Positions 18,529-28,038 of a DNA stretch of 64,000 nt are shown in pieces (within the stretch, counting starts at the first letter, position 1; each line of letters opens with the position of its first letter). The translations under genes and the position numbers were made by a program. The stretch comes from Alphaproteobacteria bacterium (GTDB lineage Bacteria > Pseudomonadota > Alphaproteobacteria > MPNO01). The notes under the pieces were generated by a model. It saw only the letters and a program-made list of their open reading frames with translations, had not been told where the DNA came from and ran no database searches. Location: NCBI GenBank assembly GCA_965248835.1, contig CBDFLJ010000002.1, positions 1,216,001 through 1,280,000 of the forward strand, read 5' to 3'.

Positions 18529-19357
18529 GGATCGCCTGGCCGCCGAGGTCGCGCCAGGCCACGGGTGCGCCGGCCGCCTCGGCCGCCTCCCCGGGCGGCA
18601 GCGTGGGATCGAACAGTGCCGCGCGGAAGCGCCGGCCGTTGACCTGATCGGCCTCCCGGCTGGCGAGCCAGCATATGGGCGCAACCATGACCTCGGGGCG
18701 GATCAGCAGGGAGCGGTCGACGAAGCGCCCATCGTTCGGGATCATCCGTGTGTCGGCGCGACCGCCGGGGACCAGGACGTTCGCCGTCACCCCGGTGCCC
18801 TCGACCTCGTGGGCCAGCACCGACATGAAGCCTTCCGCGCAGGACTTGGCCGGGCCGTAGGCGCCGATCCCGCCGGCCATCATGGTATCGAGGCTGGTGG
18901 TCACGGTGACGATCCGCCCCCAGCCGCGCTCGAGCATGGCGGGGATCGCCGCCCGAGTCATGATGAACGGCCCGCTGCCGTTGACCGCGACGGTGGCAAG
19001 CCACAGGTCGATATCGACCTGCCAGACGGGCGGGCGCGGCCGGGTGTTGGTCGGCGCGTGTTCCTGGGGTCCGAGGGCGGCGTTGTTGACCAGCATGTCG
19101 AGCTGGCCGAAAGCCTGCTCGACCGCGGCGACCGCGGCGGCGGCATCATCGGGTCTGGTGACGTCGCCGGCGATGCCGATTACCCTGGTCGGGTCGCTCG
19201 CCGCCCCGATCGCGGCCACCGCGTCCGCGCGCTCGGGCGCGTCGCGTTCCATGACCGCCACGTTCGCACCGGACTCCGCAAGTGCCGCCGCCATCGTCCT
19301 GCCGAGCCCGCGCCCGGCGCCGGTTACCAAGACTGTCGTACCGCTGAGATCGCTCAC
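18521..19357 (-). CDS. Short-chain dehydrogenase/reductase
   Basis: TGAGRGLG, NNAA, YGPAK. Confidence 0.9.
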   Translation of the reverse strand: MSDLSGTTVLVTGAGRGLGRTMAAALAESGANVAVMERDAPERADAVAAIGAASDPTRVIGIAGDVTRPDDAAAAVAAVEQAFGQLDMLVNNAALGPQEHAPTNTRPRPPVWQVDIDLWLATVAVNGSGPFIMTRAAIPAMLERGWGRIVTVTTSLDTMMAGGIGAYGPAKSCAEGFMSVLAHEVEGTGVTANVLVPGGRADTRMIPNDGRFVDRSLLIRPEVMVAPICWLASREADQVNGRRFRAALFDPTLPPGEAAEAAGAPVAWRDLGGQAIHF

Positions 19358-19375
19358 ACTCGTCCTCGCTCGCTG

Positions 19376-20221
19376 CTACTCATCAGGCATGATCGCCTGG
19401 GTGCCGAGTTGCTGCCAGGCGACTGTGGCGCCGGCTTTTTCGATATTGGCCTCCGCGCTCGCCTCGGGGTCCCACAGGGCGGCCAGGAACCGCATGCCGT
19501 TGACCCCGGCCGAGGCATCCGAGGCGAGCCAGACCGAGGGCGCCACCATCACCGACGGCTGGATCAGGGCATCGCGCTCGAAGCCGCTCGCCTCGGGTAT
19601 CATGCGCGTGTTGGCGGGTCCGCCCGGGACCAGCACGTTGGCGGTAACGCCTGTGCCCTCGAGGTCCTGGGACATGACGCAGGTGTTGGCTTCGCAGGCC
19701 GCTTTGGACGGGCCATAGGCTCCGCTGCCCTTGAGGTACATGGTCCCGAGGCTGGTGGTCACGTTGATGATGCGCCCGCTGCCGCGCTCCAGCATGTGCG
19801 GGACCGCGGCGGTGGCCATCAGCTGGGGGCCGTAGGCGTTGACCGACAGCGTGCGCTGCCACCAGGCGAGGTCGCATTCCCAGAATTTGGGCGGGTTCTT
19901 CATGAAGTCCTCGCCGAAGACCTGCGGGCCGATCGCAGCGTCGTTGAGCAGCACATCGAGCCTGCCGTAGCGCTCGATCGCGGCGGCGACCGCAGCCTCG
20001 GCGTTCTCCCGCTCGGTCACGTCGGCCCGGATCGGGATTGCGACCCCCTGGCCGCCGGCTTTCTCGGCCTCGGCCGCGACGGCGCGGAGCACGTCCTCGT
20101 CGACATCGACGAGCGCCACCGAAGCCCCGGCGGCGATCATGCCGAGCGCCATCGCCCGACCGAGGCCGCGCCCTGCGCCGGTCATCATGACCACCTTGCC
20201 GTCCAGCGGTTTCCCGGCCAT
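19376..20221 (-). CDS. Short-chain dehydrogenase/reductase (paralog of neighbour)
   Basis: TGAGRGLG, NDAA, YGPSK; GGGAGG RBS. Confidence 0.9.
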   Translation of the reverse strand: MAGKPLDGKVVMMTGAGRGLGRAMALGMIAAGASVALVDVDEDVLRAVAAEAEKAGGQGVAIPIRADVTERENAEAAVAAAIERYGRLDVLLNDAAIGPQVFGEDFMKNPPKFWECDLAWWQRTLSVNAYGPQLMATAAVPHMLERGSGRIINVTTSLGTMYLKGSGAYGPSKAACEANTCVMSQDLEGTGVTANVLVPGGPANTRMIPEASGFERDALIQPSVMVAPSVWLASDASAGVNGMRFLAALWDPEASAEANIEKAGATVAWQQLGTQAIMPDE

Positions 20222-20239
20222 GGGTCTTTCCTCCCGAGT

Positions 20240-21355
20240 CTATGTCGAGCCGGCGACGTCGAGGCCGATATGGACCACCTCCGTGCCGTCGTCGATTTCC
20301 CGGCCCAATGCCCGCACGGCCGTGTCGGTCTCGGCAAGCGGGAACATGTGCGAGCACAGCGGCTTCAGCTCATCACCGCGGCGCTTCAATATGTCGAGCG
20401 AGCGGTCGATCGACACCCAGCTCGCCGACAGGACGCCGATGAGCTGGATCTCGTTGATCACGATCTTGTCGGTGATCAGATCGCCCACCGGCTTGAAGCT
20501 CTTCAGGCCGGCCAGCACGATACGGCCGCCGCGGCGCACCATGTCGACCGCATCGATAATCGGCTGGGTTGCGCCGGCGGAGACCTCGACCACCACGTCG
20601 GCGCCGCGCCCGCCGGTCAGTTCGCGGACCACCTCGACAGGGTTCTGCTTGTCCACGTCCACGCACACATCCGCGCCGAGCTGCCGGGCCAGTCCGAGCC
20701 GGTGCGCGTCCTGTGCGGTGCCGGTGACGATGACGGTGCCCGCGCCGGCCTCCCGGGCCGCGACCACGCACAGCAACCCACGCTGGCCGGGTCCCTCGAT
20801 CACCACGGTCTCGCCGATCTGGGTGTTGGGTGCCTCATAGGCCCAGCGGACGCCGTTGGCCAGCGGGTTGAACAGCGACAGCACGTCGCGCGGGATCGTG
20901 TCTGGCACTTTATGCACCAGGGAGTGCGGGTGCAGATACATGTGGCTCGCATACCCGCCCCACAGGCCGGGCGCGGTGTTCGTCGACTGATAGAGGCCGT
21001 AGCCGAGGTTGCTCTCGCACAGCGTGGTCTTGCCGATCGCGCATTGGAAGCAGTGGCCGCAGGCGATGATCCCCTCGACCACCACGCGGTCGCCCTCCTT
21101 GACTTTCCAGCGCTTGGCGGCCTCCGGACCGACCCGGTCGATCCAGCCCATGATCTCGTGGCCGGGAATGATCGGGGTGATGTCCCACGGCGTGCCCACC
21201 AGATGGCCGGTATATTGCTCGTAATCGGTGCCGCACAGGCCGGCTGCCTCGACCCGGAGCACACCCTCATCGGCGCCGATCTCGGGCAAGTCGAAGTCGC
21301 GGAACGCGAAGGTGCGCGGGCCTGTCAGAACGGCCGCGTTGGCTTGCTCGACCAT
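20240..21355 (-). CDS. Zn-dependent medium-chain alcohol dehydrogenase
   Basis: GLCGTD, GHE, CGHCFQC...C, GPGQRG; AAGGAGA RBS. Confidence 0.9.
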   Translation of the reverse strand: MVEQANAAVLTGPRTFAFRDFDLPEIGADEGVLRVEAAGLCGTDYEQYTGHLVGTPWDITPIIPGHEIMGWIDRVGPEAAKRWKVKEGDRVVVEGIIACGHCFQCAIGKTTLCESNLGYGLYQSTNTAPGLWGGYASHMYLHPHSLVHKVPDTIPRDVLSLFNPLANGVRWAYEAPNTQIGETVVIEGPGQRGLLCVVAAREAGAGTVIVTGTAQDAHRLGLARQLGADVCVDVDKQNPVEVVRELTGGRGADVVVEVSAGATQPIIDAVDMVRRGGRIVLAGLKSFKPVGDLITDKIVINEIQLIGVLSASWVSIDRSLDILKRRGDELKPLCSHMFPLAETDTAVRALGREIDDGTEVVHIGLDVAGST

Positions 21356-21383
21356 TGGCGTGTCTCCTTTGCCTTGAAAGGCG

Positions 21384-21410
21384 GCCGCCGGGACGAACTG
21401 CCCCGGCGGC
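21384..21410 (-). repeat. 9-bp stem-loop downstream of the orphan dctP
   Basis: GCCGCCGGG (21384-21392) / CCCGGCGGC (21402-21410). Confidence 0.5.
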
Positions 21411-21430
21411 GTATCGAAGCCGGCGCGCTT

Positions 21431-22456
21431 CTACGCTCCGGCGTGCGACTTTGCAGTCTCCTTCATCAACTCGAACATCTCCTTTGTGTCCTTGCGGGCG
21501 CCGAGGACATCGTCGCCGATCGGCTTGGTGATCTCCATGAACTGCTTCTGCTCGGCCGGCGAAAGCCGGATCACCTCGGCGCCGCCATCGCGCCATTTCT
21601 GCTCTGCGGTGGCCGCGAATTCCTGGCCGACCTTGTACATGTGCGGCTCGACCGCGCGGCCGGCTTCTTCAACCACCTTCTTAAGGTCGGCCGGCAATTT
21701 GTTGTAAAACGCCATAGAGACGAAGCCGACACAAGGGATGTAGGTGTCGTTGACCACGGTGATGAATTTGGTGACCGTGAAGTGCTTGGTCGCGGCCATC
21801 ACCACGATCGAGGAGCGGATACCGTCGATCAGCTTTCGCTGCAAGGCCGGCAATGTCTCGCCATAGGGCATCGGCACACCGGTGGCGCCCAAGCGCCGCA
21901 TGACCTCGGTCTCGACCTTGGTGGCGAGCACGCGGAACTTGCGGCCTCTGAAGTCGGCCAACGTGCGGACCGGCTTGAGCGAGGCGTAGGAGGTCGGCCC
22001 GTACATCCACACGCTGACACCCTTGACGCCCTTCGTGGTGCCGATGTTCAGGAACGGGTCGCGGAAGCGCCGGTCGGTGATGGTGTCGTGCGCATGCTTG
22101 GGGCTGTTGAAGACGCCAGGGACCTCAAGGACTTGGAATCGCGAGTCGACGCCTTTCAGGAAACCTGCAGGCGTGCCGAAGAACTCGACCGTGCCGAGCT
22201 GCAGGCCCTCGACCATGCGGGGGATCTTGCCGAGTTGTCCGGAGGGGTAAAGATCGGCCTTGATGCGGCCGCCGGACAGTTTCTCGACCTCGCCCTTGTA
22301 CGCCCTGATGAACTCGTGCAGCGGGTCGTTGGCGACGACGATTGCCAGCTTCATGGTGTATTTCTGCGCTGCGGCCGGATCGACCCGGCCGAGCAGCGCG
22401 GTCACGGCGAGGAGGGCGGCTAGCCCCCAAACCGTCGCTCGACCTGTTGTCCTCAT
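21431..22456 (-). CDS. dctP: TRAP substrate-binding protein (no adjacent dctQM)
   Basis: Signal peptide; YPSGQLG, GRKFRV, ALQRKLIDG; GGAGGT RBS. Confidence 0.88.
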   Translation of the reverse strand: MRTTGRATVWGLAALLAVTALLGRVDPAAAQKYTMKLAIVVANDPLHEFIRAYKGEVEKLSGGRIKADLYPSGQLGKIPRMVEGLQLGTVEFFGTPAGFLKGVDSRFQVLEVPGVFNSPKHAHDTITDRRFRDPFLNIGTTKGVKGVSVWMYGPTSYASLKPVRTLADFRGRKFRVLATKVETEVMRRLGATGVPMPYGETLPALQRKLIDGIRSSIVVMAATKHFTVTKFITVVNDTYIPCVGFVSMAFYNKLPADLKKVVEEAGRAVEPHMYKVGQEFAATAEQKWRDGGAEVIRLSPAEQKQFMEITKPIGDDVLGARKDTKEMFELMKETAKSHAGA

Positions 22457-22578
22457 GCTTCACCTCCGAATGAGTCGAATTCGCATCGTTGATTGCCCCG
22501 CGGTCTGCGTGACCGCCTGGTTATGCGGCAACGGCTCGATACTGGCGTAGATGCCCGAAGGTGTAAACGGCCGCCCGG

Positions 22579-23313
22579 TCAGACGGGCGCAGCGGCGATG
22601 CACGAGGCCGCAAAGTCCGGGTAGACCTCCGCGATCTGGTCGCGCACCGGACCGCGGATCAGCGCCAGACGGTCGGGCTCGGGCGACGGCGTTTGCGGAA
22701 TTTCCGCCGGCACGTCGAAGCCGAAACCCGTCTGGCGTTCGACATCGGTCAGACCGACCCCGGGATGGAGGCTTCGCAGGCGGAACCGTGCCCGGTCGCG
22801 GTCGAAGGCGAACACGCACAGGCCGGTTACCAGCGCATACGGCCCGCCGGGCCGGTATATTCCGGGCGGGCTGGTGCCGGGTGCGCTGATGAAATCGACC
22901 GCCTCGACCAGGACGCGACGGCTGTGCTCGTCGCGGAACAGGATCACCCTGGGGATCAGGAAGTACAGGAAAGCCGAGCCGTAGCTGCCCGGGAATCTTG
23001 TCTCCAGGGCAGGATAGGACCCGGTGCCCACGAGATTGATGTTGCCCGTCCCGTCGATCTGGCCGCCGCCCAGGAAGAAGGCATCGATCCGTCCTTGGGC
23101 GGCGCGGTCGTGCAGCTCGCTTCCGCCGTCGCTGAACGGGTTGTGACGCCGGCTGCCCAGTATGCTGGCTCGGGTCCGCCCGCCGCTGTCGGCCTGCACC
23201 GCGAGAGCGGCCGTGGCCGGTATCGGCGAATTGGTGCCCACGGCGACATTGGCGAGCCCGGCGATCATCCGGGCGAGCACGCAGGCCAGAAACTCTTCGC
23301 GCGTCGCTTTCAC
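22579..23313 (-). CDS. CoA-transferase class I beta-subunit-like (GctB/PcaJ fold)
   Basis: FFLGGGQIDGTGNINL, FPGSYGS, VDFISAPG, SLHPGV. Confidence 0.8.
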   Translation of the reverse strand: MKATREEFLACVLARMIAGLANVAVGTNSPIPATAALAVQADSGGRTRASILGSRRHNPFSDGGSELHDRAAQGRIDAFFLGGGQIDGTGNINLVGTGSYPALETRFPGSYGSAFLYFLIPRVILFRDEHSRRVLVEAVDFISAPGTSPPGIYRPGGPYALVTGLCVFAFDRDRARFRLRSLHPGVGLTDVERQTGFGFDVPAEIPQTPSPEPDRLALIRGPVRDQIAEVYPDFAASCIAAAPV

Positions 23314-23316
23314 CGC

Positions 23317-24141
23317 CTATTCGGCCTGCACCCTGCCGGCGACGCAGTCCCGGAGGTAGCGCGCGAAGCCGTCCTCGGTCCGCGCGGCCGCGGCGTATTC
23401 GGCGAGATGCGTCCGGTCCGCCTCGTAGGTGCCGGCGAGCCCGAGCGGCCAGGCACCGTTGGGGACATGGGCCGCGGCCTCGATATAGAGCGGTGCGATG
23501 GTGCCGGCCAGGTAGCGCTCGTCCTCCATCAGATTGCCGTCAAACCGCGCTTCGTAGGTCGCGACCGTGGTCTTGGCGGCATGTGCCAGCACGATCGCCT
23601 CGCGCGCGTTGCCGACCCAGAGGTTGCCGTATGCATCGCCCAGCCGGGCATGGAACAGCGCGACGTCCGGGCGGACCGCAGGCAGGACGACGACCGGGTC
23701 CTCGTCCGCGGCGAACGGGTTCTGCATCACCTTCCAGTCGTCGCGGTGGGCAAGCAGGTCCGAGCCGATGATGCCGCGCAGGGACACGAAGGGCATGCCC
23801 TTCTCGCCGGCCTGGACGGCGGCGTACATCGCCTGGCAGGTCGCATCGCGCATCTCCAGGCGGTCCTGCTCGACGGCGCGCCGAAAGCGGGGCGCGGCGC
23901 CGTGCTCGCCGAGCGAGAGGCCGCTGCATTCGATGCGCCGCACACAGCCTGCACCGATCAGGAGGTCGGCCAGGTATCCGCCCGATGGCAGGCACCATAG
24001 GCTCAAGTCGCGCACGCCGCGCCGGATCAGGGCGCGCACCGCCGCGCTGGCGGCACCGGCCTCGGCCTTGGGCAGAGCCAGAAGGCAGCCGTCGGAGACC
24101 GCTGCCAGGATCGTTTCGAGCGCTTCTTCGCAATCGTGCAC
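23317..24141 (-). CDS. CoA-transferase class I alpha-subunit-like (GctA/PcaI fold)
   Basis: ALIRRGVRDL, DLLIGAGCV, GMPF, PDVALFHARLGDAYGN. Confidence 0.8.
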   Translation of the reverse strand: MHDCEEALETILAAVSDGCLLALPKAEAGAASAAVRALIRRGVRDLSLWCLPSGGYLADLLIGAGCVRRIECSGLSLGEHGAAPRFRRAVEQDRLEMRDATCQAMYAAVQAGEKGMPFVSLRGIIGSDLLAHRDDWKVMQNPFAADEDPVVVLPAVRPDVALFHARLGDAYGNLWVGNAREAIVLAHAAKTTVATYEARFDGNLMEDERYLAGTIAPLYIEAAAHVPNGAWPLGLAGTYEADRTHLAEYAAAARTEDGFARYLRDCVAGRVQAE

Positions 24142-24234
24142 GGCCGCTGTCTCGCGCTGGGAACTCTTGTCCGAATGTGATCCGCGGCGCGCGCCCTGGC
24201 AATGATTTCCTGCCGGATGCGGCGGCGGGGCGGC

Positions 24235-26076
24235 TCAGGCGTCGAGCCCGGCATCGGCGGCGAATTCCGCCGCGTCGATCGCTTGTTGCTGGCGCGCCCA
24301 CATGCTGGCGTAGAAGCCGCGCTTGGCGAGGAGGGCCGCATGCGTGCCGCGCTCGACGATGCGGCCCTGGTCGAGCACCAGGATCTCGTGTGCATCGATG
24401 ACCGTGGACAGGCGGTGGGCGATGACCAGCGTGGTGCGGTCCCTGGAAACGTCTTTGAGGGCGGCCTGGATTTCGCGCTCGGTCCTGGTGTCGAGCGCCG
24501 ATGTCGCCTCGTCGAACAACAGGATCCGCGGCCGCTTGAGGATCGTGCGCGCGATCGCCACCCGCTGCTTCTCACCGCCGGACAGCTTGAGCCCGCGCTC
24601 GCCGACCATCGTCGCGTAGCCGTCGGGCGTGGCTTCGATGAAACCGCTGATCGCGGCCATCTGCGCGGCTTCGACGACCTCCTGCTCGGATGCGCCCGGC
24701 CGGCCGTAGGCGATGTTGTAATGGACGGTGTCGTTGAACAGCACGGTGTCCTGCGGGACGATCCCGATCGCCGCGCGCACGCTGTCCTGGGTGATATCGC
24801 GGATGTCCTGGCCGTCGATCCGGATCGCACCCGAATCGATGTCGTAGAACCGGAACAGGAGGCGCGCGATGGTCGATTTGCCGGCCCCGCTCGGCCCGAC
24901 GATCGCCACCCGCTTGCCGGCCGGCACTTTCAGCGAGACGTCCTTGAGGATCGGTCGGCGCGGGTCGTAGGCGAAATCGACGTTTTCGAACACCACCTCG
25001 CCGGGCCCCTCGGCCAACGGCATGGCGCCCGCCCGGTCCTCGATCTCCGCGTCGATCCGCAGCAGGTGGAACATCGCCTCCATGTCGGTCAGCGACTGCT
25101 TGATCTCGCGGTAGACGAAGCCGAGGAAGTTGAGCGGCATGTAGAGCTGGATCATGTAGGTGTTGACCATCACGAAATCGCCCACGGTCATCCGGCCTTC
25201 GGCGACGCCGAATCCGGCCATCAACATCACCGAGGTCAGGCCGCAGCCGACGATCAGCGCCTGGCCGATGTTGAGAAGCGACAGCGAGGCGTTGGAGACC
25301 ACCGCCGCGCGCTCGTGGCGCTCCAACGCGTTGTCGAATCGGCTTGCTTCGTATGATTCGTTGCCGAAATACTTGACCGTTTCGTAATTCAGCAGAGAGT
25401 CGATGGCGCGGGTGCTGGCCTCCTGATCGGTCTCGTTCATGCGCCGGCGGTATTTGAGCCGCCATTCGGTGACCGCCATCGTGTAGGCGATGAAGCCGAA
25501 GATGGTGGTCAAGGTCACCAGCGCGAACCAGATGTTGAACAGGGCCCACAGGATCGCGCACACCATGGCGATCTCGAGCAGCGTCGGCAGGATGTTGAAC
25601 AGCGTGAACCGAAGCAGGAAATCGATCCCCTTGGTGCCCCGCTCGATCGCCCGGGAGAGTCCGCCGGTCTGGCGTTCGAGATGAAACCGCAGCGCCAGCC
25701 GGTGAAGGTGCTCGAAGGTCTTCAGCGCGACCCCGCGGATCGCGCGCTGGCCGACCTTGGCGAAGATCGCATCGCGCAGCTCGGCAAACGCGATCGACAG
25801 GATCCGTGCGACGCCGTAGCCGATGATCACGCCCACCGGCACGACGACCAGCGCGCCGCCTTCACCGCCCAGCCGGTCGACAGCGTCCCTGTAGAGCACC
25901 GGGACGTAGACGATCGCGACCTTGGCCGTGGCGAGGAACGCCAGCGCCAGGACCACCCGGACCTTGGTCTCGACCTCGCCCTTGGGCCACAGATAGGGCG
26001 CAAGGTCAGACAGCGCGCTCCATTCGAAACCGCCGTCCTTGCGGCGGCCGCCCGGCGTTCGATCTTCGGAACTCAT
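24235..26076 (-). CDS. atm1: ABCB-family exporter ATM1-like (fused TMD-NBD)
   Basis: FHLERQTGGL, DSLLNYETVKYF, GPSGAGKST, LSGGEKQR, FDEATSALD. Confidence 0.9.
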   Translation of the reverse strand: MSSEDRTPGGRRKDGGFEWSALSDLAPYLWPKGEVETKVRVVLALAFLATAKVAIVYVPVLYRDAVDRLGGEGGALVVVPVGVIIGYGVARILSIAFAELRDAIFAKVGQRAIRGVALKTFEHLHRLALRFHLERQTGGLSRAIERGTKGIDFLLRFTLFNILPTLLEIAMVCAILWALFNIWFALVTLTTIFGFIAYTMAVTEWRLKYRRRMNETDQEASTRAIDSLLNYETVKYFGNESYEASRFDNALERHERAAVVSNASLSLLNIGQALIVGCGLTSVMLMAGFGVAEGRMTVGDFVMVNTYMIQLYMPLNFLGFVYREIKQSLTDMEAMFHLLRIDAEIEDRAGAMPLAEGPGEVVFENVDFAYDPRRPILKDVSLKVPAGKRVAIVGPSGAGKSTIARLLFRFYDIDSGAIRIDGQDIRDITQDSVRAAIGIVPQDTVLFNDTVHYNIAYGRPGASEQEVVEAAQMAAISGFIEATPDGYATMVGERGLKLSGGEKQRVAIARTILKRPRILLFDEATSALDTRTEREIQAALKDVSRDRTTLVIAHRLSTVIDAHEILVLDQGRIVERGTHAALLAKRGFYASMWARQQQAIDAAEFAADAGLDA

Positions 26077-26157
26077 GGTATCGTGGATGCCTTATCGGTT
26101 TGGGTTCATATAAGACTGCGCCTGCGGGCTGGCCAGCGGCGCGCCTGAGGGCCGGCC

Positions 26158-26949
26158 GTGTTTGCGGTTTCGAAGATATTCTGGTGGGTGTTTCAGCCGG
26201 CGAATCTGCTGCTGATCTGTCTCGTCTTCTTCGCCTTGCTGTCCTATGTGCCGGGCTGCCGCCGCTTCGGCCGGTCGGGAATCGCGGTCGCGACGTTCTG
26301 CGCTGTGCTGATCTCGGTGCTGCCCATCGGGACCTGGCTGCTGCGCCCGCTCGAGAACCGGTTTCCCGCCATCGATGCGCTGCCCGAGCATGTGACCGGC
26401 ATGATCTCGGTTGGCGGCGCGATCGATTCCCTCACGACCGTCGAGCGCGGCCAAGTCGCCCTGATCGACGGGGCGGAACGGTTGACCAGCTTCGTCGCGC
26501 TGAGCCGGCGCTATCCCGGGCTACGGCTGGTCTTTTGCGGCGGGTCGGGCTCGCTGCTCCGCCCGGACCTCAAGGAAGCGACGCTCGCCAAGCGGTTTTT
26601 CGCCGAGATGGGTCTCGATCCCGCGCGTGTGAGCTTCGAGGCAAGGTCGCGGAACACCTACGAGAATGCGTTCAACACCGCATCCTTGCTGCGCCCCTGG
26701 GAGGGTAGCCAGCTATGGGTGCTGATCACATCGGCCTCCCACATGCCGCGCACGGTCGGCGTCTTTCGCAAGGCCGGATTCACGGTTCTTCCATATCCGG
26801 TCGATTATGCGACCGGCACCCGGACCGCCGACTACGCCGCCGGGCTGCATGACGGGCTCGATTTGCTCAGCAGCGGGATCTACGAGTGGCTGGGGCTGAT
26901 TGCCTATCGGATTCTCGGCCGGACCGATGCGTTGTTTCCGGGGCTGTAA
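26158..26949 (+). CDS. YdcF/ElyC (DUF218) family envelope protein
   Basis: N-terminal TMs; SRNTYENA, LITSASHMPR, PYPVDY. Confidence 0.88.
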   Translation: MFAVSKIFWWVFQPANLLLICLVFFALLSYVPGCRRFGRSGIAVATFCAVLISVLPIGTWLLRPLENRFPAIDALPEHVTGMISVGGAIDSLTTVERGQVALIDGAERLTSFVALSRRYPGLRLVFCGGSGSLLRPDLKEATLAKRFFAEMGLDPARVSFEARSRNTYENAFNTASLLRPWEGSQLWVLITSASHMPRTVGVFRKAGFTVLPYPVDYATGTRTADYAAGLHDGLDLLSSGIYEWLGLIAYRILGRTDALFPGL

Positions 26950-27038
26950 GGTCGATCGCCCGCATTGCATCCAGTTCCGATCCTGTGGCACTAACGCCGG
27001 ATCGAGCGTCGCGTCAGTCACAGCCGGAGGGACCGCCA

Positions 27039-28025
27039 ATGTCGAGATTCATTGCCCGCCGCGGCGTCATAGCCTGCGTCATCGTTGCCGTGGCGGTGAG
27101 CGCGCCCGCCGCCGGCGCGCCGGCCGGGCAGGACTTCGAGTCCTTCCTTGAAGGCGTCCGCGTCGAGGCGCGCGCGCGCGGCCTGAAGGAGGAGACCATC
27201 GTTTCGGCCCTGAGCGATGTCCGCCCGGTCACTCGAGTGGTCGAGCTCGACCGCAGGCAGCCGGAATTCACCTTGACGATCGACCAGTACATGTCACGGG
27301 TGGTCTCCAAGGCTCGGGTGGAGAAGGGCAGGGCCCGGCTTGCCAGGCACGCCACCCTGCTGCGACAGGTCGCCGCCAAGTTCCGGGTCCAGCCGCGCTT
27401 CATCGTCGCGCTCTGGGGCATCGAGACCGATTTCGGCCGGCTCAAGGGCAGCTTCCCGGTGATCGCCTCGCTGGCGACCCTGGCCCACGATGGACGCCGG
27501 TCGGCCTATTTCCGCAAGGAGCTGTTCAATGCGCTGACGATCATCGACCAGGGCCATATCACGGCCGCGGAGATGATCGGATCATGGGCCGGCGCGATGG
27601 GCCAGAACCAGTTCATGCCCTCTTCGTTCCTGCGCTTCGCCGTCGATTACGACGGCGACGGCAGGCGGGACATCTGGACCAGCCAGGAGGATGTCTTCGC
27701 CTCGACCGCCAATTACCTCGCCCGGGTCGGCTGGCGCGACGACCAGACATGGGGACGGCGCATACGGCTCCCGCCGAATTTCGATGCCGCGCTGCTCGGC
27801 CTGAAGATCCGCAAGGGCCTCGTTGAATGGCAGAAGCTCGGCGTGCGGCGCCATGACGGCAGCGACCTGCCGACGCGCAACCTGAGCGCGTCGATCATCC
27901 GCCACGGCGAGACCGGACCGGCCTATGTCGTCTACAACAACTACCGCGCGATCCTGAAGTGGAACCGGGCGCATTTCTTTGCGACCGCGGTCGGCAGCCT
28001 TGCAGATCGGATCGCCGGCGGTTAG
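27039..28025 (+). CDS. mltB: Lytic murein transglycosylase B family
   Basis: LDRRQPEF, ALWGIETDFG, GSWAGAMGQNQFMPSS, DYDGDGRRDIW. Confidence 0.92.
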   Translation: MSRFIARRGVIACVIVAVAVSAPAAGAPAGQDFESFLEGVRVEARARGLKEETIVSALSDVRPVTRVVELDRRQPEFTLTIDQYMSRVVSKARVEKGRARLARHATLLRQVAAKFRVQPRFIVALWGIETDFGRLKGSFPVIASLATLAHDGRRSAYFRKELFNALTIIDQGHITAAEMIGSWAGAMGQNQFMPSSFLRFAVDYDGDGRRDIWTSQEDVFASTANYLARVGWRDDQTWGRRIRLPPNFDAALLGLKIRKGLVEWQKLGVRRHDGSDLPTRNLSASIIRHGETGPAYVVYNNYRAILKWNRAHFFATAVGSLADRIAGG

Positions 28026-28038
28026 TGTCCCCGGCCGA

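Noticed and set aside
18446-22423. 1325-aa plus-strand ORF
   Set aside because: Antisense shadow across the SDR/ADH/DctP genes; no domain signatures
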